From contig CBFDEM010000064.1 in assembly GCA_965603825.1 (NCBI GenBank), forward strand, positions 186,001-250,000: a DNA stretch of 64,000 nt, in the 5' to 3' direction. Origin of the DNA: Blepharisma stoltei ATCC 30299. Taxonomy: Eukaryota; Protista; Ciliophora. Position 1 is the stretch's first letter, and each line of letters opens with the position of its first letter. The translations under genes were made by a program, and so were the position numbers. Under the pieces are notes generated by a model that searched no databases, had not been told where the DNA came from, and saw only the letters and a list, made by a program, of their open reading frames with translations. Below are positions 60,512-64,000 of this stretch, in pieces.

Positions 60512-62719
60512 ATGACCAAGATATATCTTTTGATACTTTTGACCTTCTTGGCCTACGCAGAGCTGATTTACCAAAAAATCGATAGCGTTATGACAATCGG
60601 TTGGGAAATCTCAAATGACGAAATCATATTCAACTTTAAGGTAGCATTTATTTAGTGCAAAGCTGATTGGTGCAGCATAGGGTTCGCTAATTCCATGTTT
60701 GGATGTGATATGATTGTAGCCCTACAAAAAAAGTCTGCGAATTCCACTGTAGAACTGATGGACATCTGGTCAGAAAATCATGACACTCCTTACTCAGATA
60801 CTGATCTAAAAGGAACCAATGACATAAAATATATCAAAGGAGGCTATTCAACTTCACCAGGTAGACTAATTGATGTATATTTTAGCAGAAAATTGGACAC
60901 TGGAGATAAGTATGACAAGGTTATAGTGCCTGACCAAGTCATGGACATTAACTGGGCATATCAAAAAAGAACAAGACGCTTTGATGAGCATGATGAGTAC
61001 GGAGCATCAACCATTGTATTTGCAACAAAAATAGAGAAAATAAACTACCAAATTGATGAAAATGATTTCGAGTATTATGCAGCCCATGCATTGCTTATGA
61101 TAATTTCATGGTCTTTATTAGCTCCTGGAGCTATTATTGTTGCCAGGTACTATAAAAGCTGGAAACTTTGGTACCCTTGTCATCTAATTTCTTTTTCCCT
61201 GGCTATTTTTTTAACCCTATTTAGTGTTGGATTAGCTTTTTATAAACATCCAGTATCTTATGAAACCTTTACAGAAGTGCCAAGATACCACGCCAGGCTT
61301 GGATTTCTCTTAGCAGGAACTGTTGTAGCCCAAGGCATTTCTGGCTTAATCGTAAGGTGGCTTCAGACTTCTTCGACCAGCTTTTCAGCAATTTCCCAAA
61401 CAAGAAGACTTCATAAATCAATTGGATGAATTATGGCAACTCTTGGCATCCTGATCAATATATCAGGGTTTTGACTTGTGGAAAGCGAATTAGATGAGGT
61501 CAGTGGAATATTGTTCTGGACTGCAATATGCACATTGATAATAGTTTCCTTTGAAATTGATCATAAATGGATAAATCTTATTCCAGCTCAATTCGTTGTA
61601 TGGATGAAGCTAAAACTCTCCAAAAGATTCCCATTCCTTTATAAGGCAAACAGGAGCATGACTCATAGAGCAGCTCTAAAAGAGATGACAATGAAAAATA
61701 AAGATTACATGTTTTATGAAGAATTCGTGATTGATATAACTGATTTTAAGTTCTCCCATCCAGGAGGAGCATTCATGCTGAATGATTCTATCGGAGAAGA
61801 TACAGGGAAATACATGATTGGGTGCAGCAGTGCAAATGGAGAATTAGCGCCATATACCCATTCGCCTGAGTCTTTTGATCTTCTTAAAAAGCTTGTAGTT
61901 GCCAAGATTCCATATCCAGATGAGTTTTTAATACCTCTTAACTATGAAGAATTGATGGATTCCATGACTTGGAGTGTCAAATCACAGCATGTTATAAGCG
62001 AAAATACTTATTTACTTGTATTAAGTTCTAAGAACTTCAATATGAACTCGAAATGCAAAAATCCTTTATGGCTTGGCAAACATTTTAGGATTAATGCAGA
62101 AGTTGATGGGAAAAATGTATCAAGATATTATAGCGCATTCTTTTGCAACTTGAATTCATGGGCTATTGAATGCCAAGAAAGTGGTTATAGAGTTAGCACT
62201 TATCCAAACGTGAAAAGTGGTAGATTGCAGCTGATTTATAAGGAATATCCTCAAGGAGTCTTAACCCAGCATTTGAAGTCTTGCCAAGCAAAAACTAAAC
62301 TAAACCTCAAAGGTCCATTAGGACCTGGACTCTGCTTATCAGAATTTTCTGGTAAATATGTAGCCTTTGCAGCTGGTACAGGCTTGGTTCCATTTCTGGA
62401 CATAGTCTGCTATCTTTGGACTATAAGAAATAGCCCACATATTCAATTTTCTTTTACTCTTATAGTTTCTTTTAGGAATTTGAAAGACTTCTTTGGCTTA
62501 GATCTTCTTGAAGCTACTGCAAGTGCTTTAGGAGAAAGTAGATTTAAGCTTGTTATCCTCACTAATGAAAGACGAGAACAACTTCCTGGATTAGTCAAAG
62601 AATGTGGAGAGCTCAAGTCAGATCTAGCTTGGGTTTGTGGGCCTTCTGGGTACAATAAGTTTATTCTTGATTCCCTGAAGGCTGGAGGACTTAGTAGAGA
62701 TAAAATTATCGTGATGTAA
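60512..62719 (+). CDS. Signal peptide-DOMON-cytochrome b561-cytochrome b5-FNR fusion oxidoreductase, copy 2 (730 aa)
   Basis: ATG 60512; intron 60641-60655; TGA(Trp) at 61427 and 61472. Same motifs as copy 1, and both end in KIIVM. Confidence 0.9.
60641..60655 (+). other. 15-nt intron (DOMON fusion copy 2)
   Basis: GTAGCATTTATTTAG; in-frame TAG. Confidence 0.92.
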
Positions 62720-62960
62720 AGACTCTATATCCATAACTTAGAATATTTTTATGATGAAATTAATTAATTTCATAAATATAAAATAGCATCAGAATTCAGT
62801 TAATATAATAAATAAGATAATAATTTCATAGAAACTATTCAAATGACAAGTTTGAACAGTTTTTTGATTGCTTTAAAACTTGTTTCACAATAAAGAAAAT
62901 TATTACCAAAATATTATGATAAATATTGTAATGTTAAGAGGCTAGCAATAGTTATATACA

Positions 62961-64000
62961 CTAACTACATTCAATTTTCGCTCGCTTCGGGGAACATTCT
63001 ACACAAAAGAATGTTTCCGGAACTTCGTACCTCTTTAATCCTATACATTCGCTGTGGAATCATTTTCCACATTCATCGCAAGCAATCATTTCACTATCCC
63101 TAATCCTTTGTTCATAATCCTCATCTGTCTCATCATTTCTCTTTGGCGTGGCTTCAACAAATGGCTTTCTGCACAAGCAATGAAGCTCTTGACTTACGAG
63201 ATCTTCAAGAACAGGCTGCTTCGGCTTCCTTCCTCTTTTGGCTCCTCCTATAGGCTTAATATACTTTTTCAGCTTAGCTTTTTCTCTTAATGTTGGCTCA
63301 TAAACTACTAAAGGCTTTCCTAAAATTTGAATTTCCTTTTTAATTACTGGGAATATTGATTCATTGTAAAATTTATAGCAATCTTGGTATTTTCTCCCTT
63401 GTAAAGCAATTTTTTCTAGCAAAATCATTTGAGGATGCAAAACTGTGTATTGCAAAGGTTTGGACACTTGCACGCCTCCTCGCAACTTTTTCTGAGAGCT
63501 TGCTTTGGTGAAGGCAAATTTAAAGCCAGGCTTTTCTTCTTTTGCAAGCCTTGCTTCAACGATTTTTAGCAGCTCTAGCTTTTCTTCGTAAGAAAATTCT
63601 CCACTTCTCTTTCGTTTAACTTGGGGTGGAGTTTGACAGGCTAGCTGATTCTTTTTGACTTTTCTAGCTTCAAATTTCTGAAGAGCCCTTCCTAAATACA
63701 ATATATCTTCGACAGCCTTTTTCTCAAGGCTTTCAATTTGCTTTCTCAGCCTAAGTGGCCGATGTTTTGAGCAATAACAATTCATATCATCAAATCCTGT
63801 TTTATCCCTGGTGCTAAGAAAATTATTTTTAGCACATAATGGATGGAATCCCACTGTACACCTCCCATGATGACACTGTACACAGGCTCCGTTTTTTGTG
63901 TTGCATTTTTGGCATTTGAGCTGAAATCGGTCCTTGTTGATTTTCGAAATATCAATTTCTGACATCAATTCTTGATCTTGGAAGCAAGAAAAATCTAAAT
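62961..64000 (-). CDS. PHD-finger chromatin protein (extended PHD plus C-terminal PHD), 5'-truncated
   Basis: CQKC...GACVQCHHGRCTVGFHPLCA...YCSKH; HCLCRKP...MIACDECGK-W(TGA 63060)-FHSECIG...FFCVEC; ends TAG at 62961. Confidence 0.9.

Noticed and set aside
1-64000. Telomeric repeats, IES or transposon terminal repeats, CRISPR arrays, rRNA
   Set aside because: None seen by eye. No gene is interrupted by an insertion longer than 16 nt, consistent with somatic macronuclear sequence; intergenic IESs cannot be excluded without reads.

Overview
AT-rich, gene-dense eukaryotic DNA from a heterotrich ciliate, most consistent with Blepharisma macronuclear sequence. Two features explain why the supplied standard-code ORF track is so fragmented. 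(1) TGA is a sense codon for Trp: it falls at invariant Trp positions (Rab WDTAG, ABCA CPQHDILW, UFD1 LPYW, Kelch and PHD Trp) and swaps with TGG between paralogs, while every gene end I can resolve is TAA or TAG. (2) Introns are tiny GTA...AG spliceosomal introns of 15-16 nt; I located 12. Re-reading this way gives about 42 protein-coding genes. These include housekeeping genes (RPS16, RPL35, RPL9, UFD1, NAR1, NudC, PP4R1, PP2A-B'', PP2C, a tubulin carboxypeptidase and an ABCA), kinases, and five local paralog pairs. The most striking candidate system is a head-to-head pair of DOMON-cytochrome b561-cytochrome b5-FNR fusion genes, each apparently a complete trans-membrane electron chain in one polypeptide. 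Other notable items are an H2A variant ending in DQEL next to an ANP32-like chaperone, a pair of possible ATP-grasp orphans, a recurrent TCTCTCCA upstream motif and extremely short intergenic spacers. I saw no rRNA, tRNA, telomere, CRISPR or intact mobile element. All family assignments come from motif recognition by eye, not database searches.
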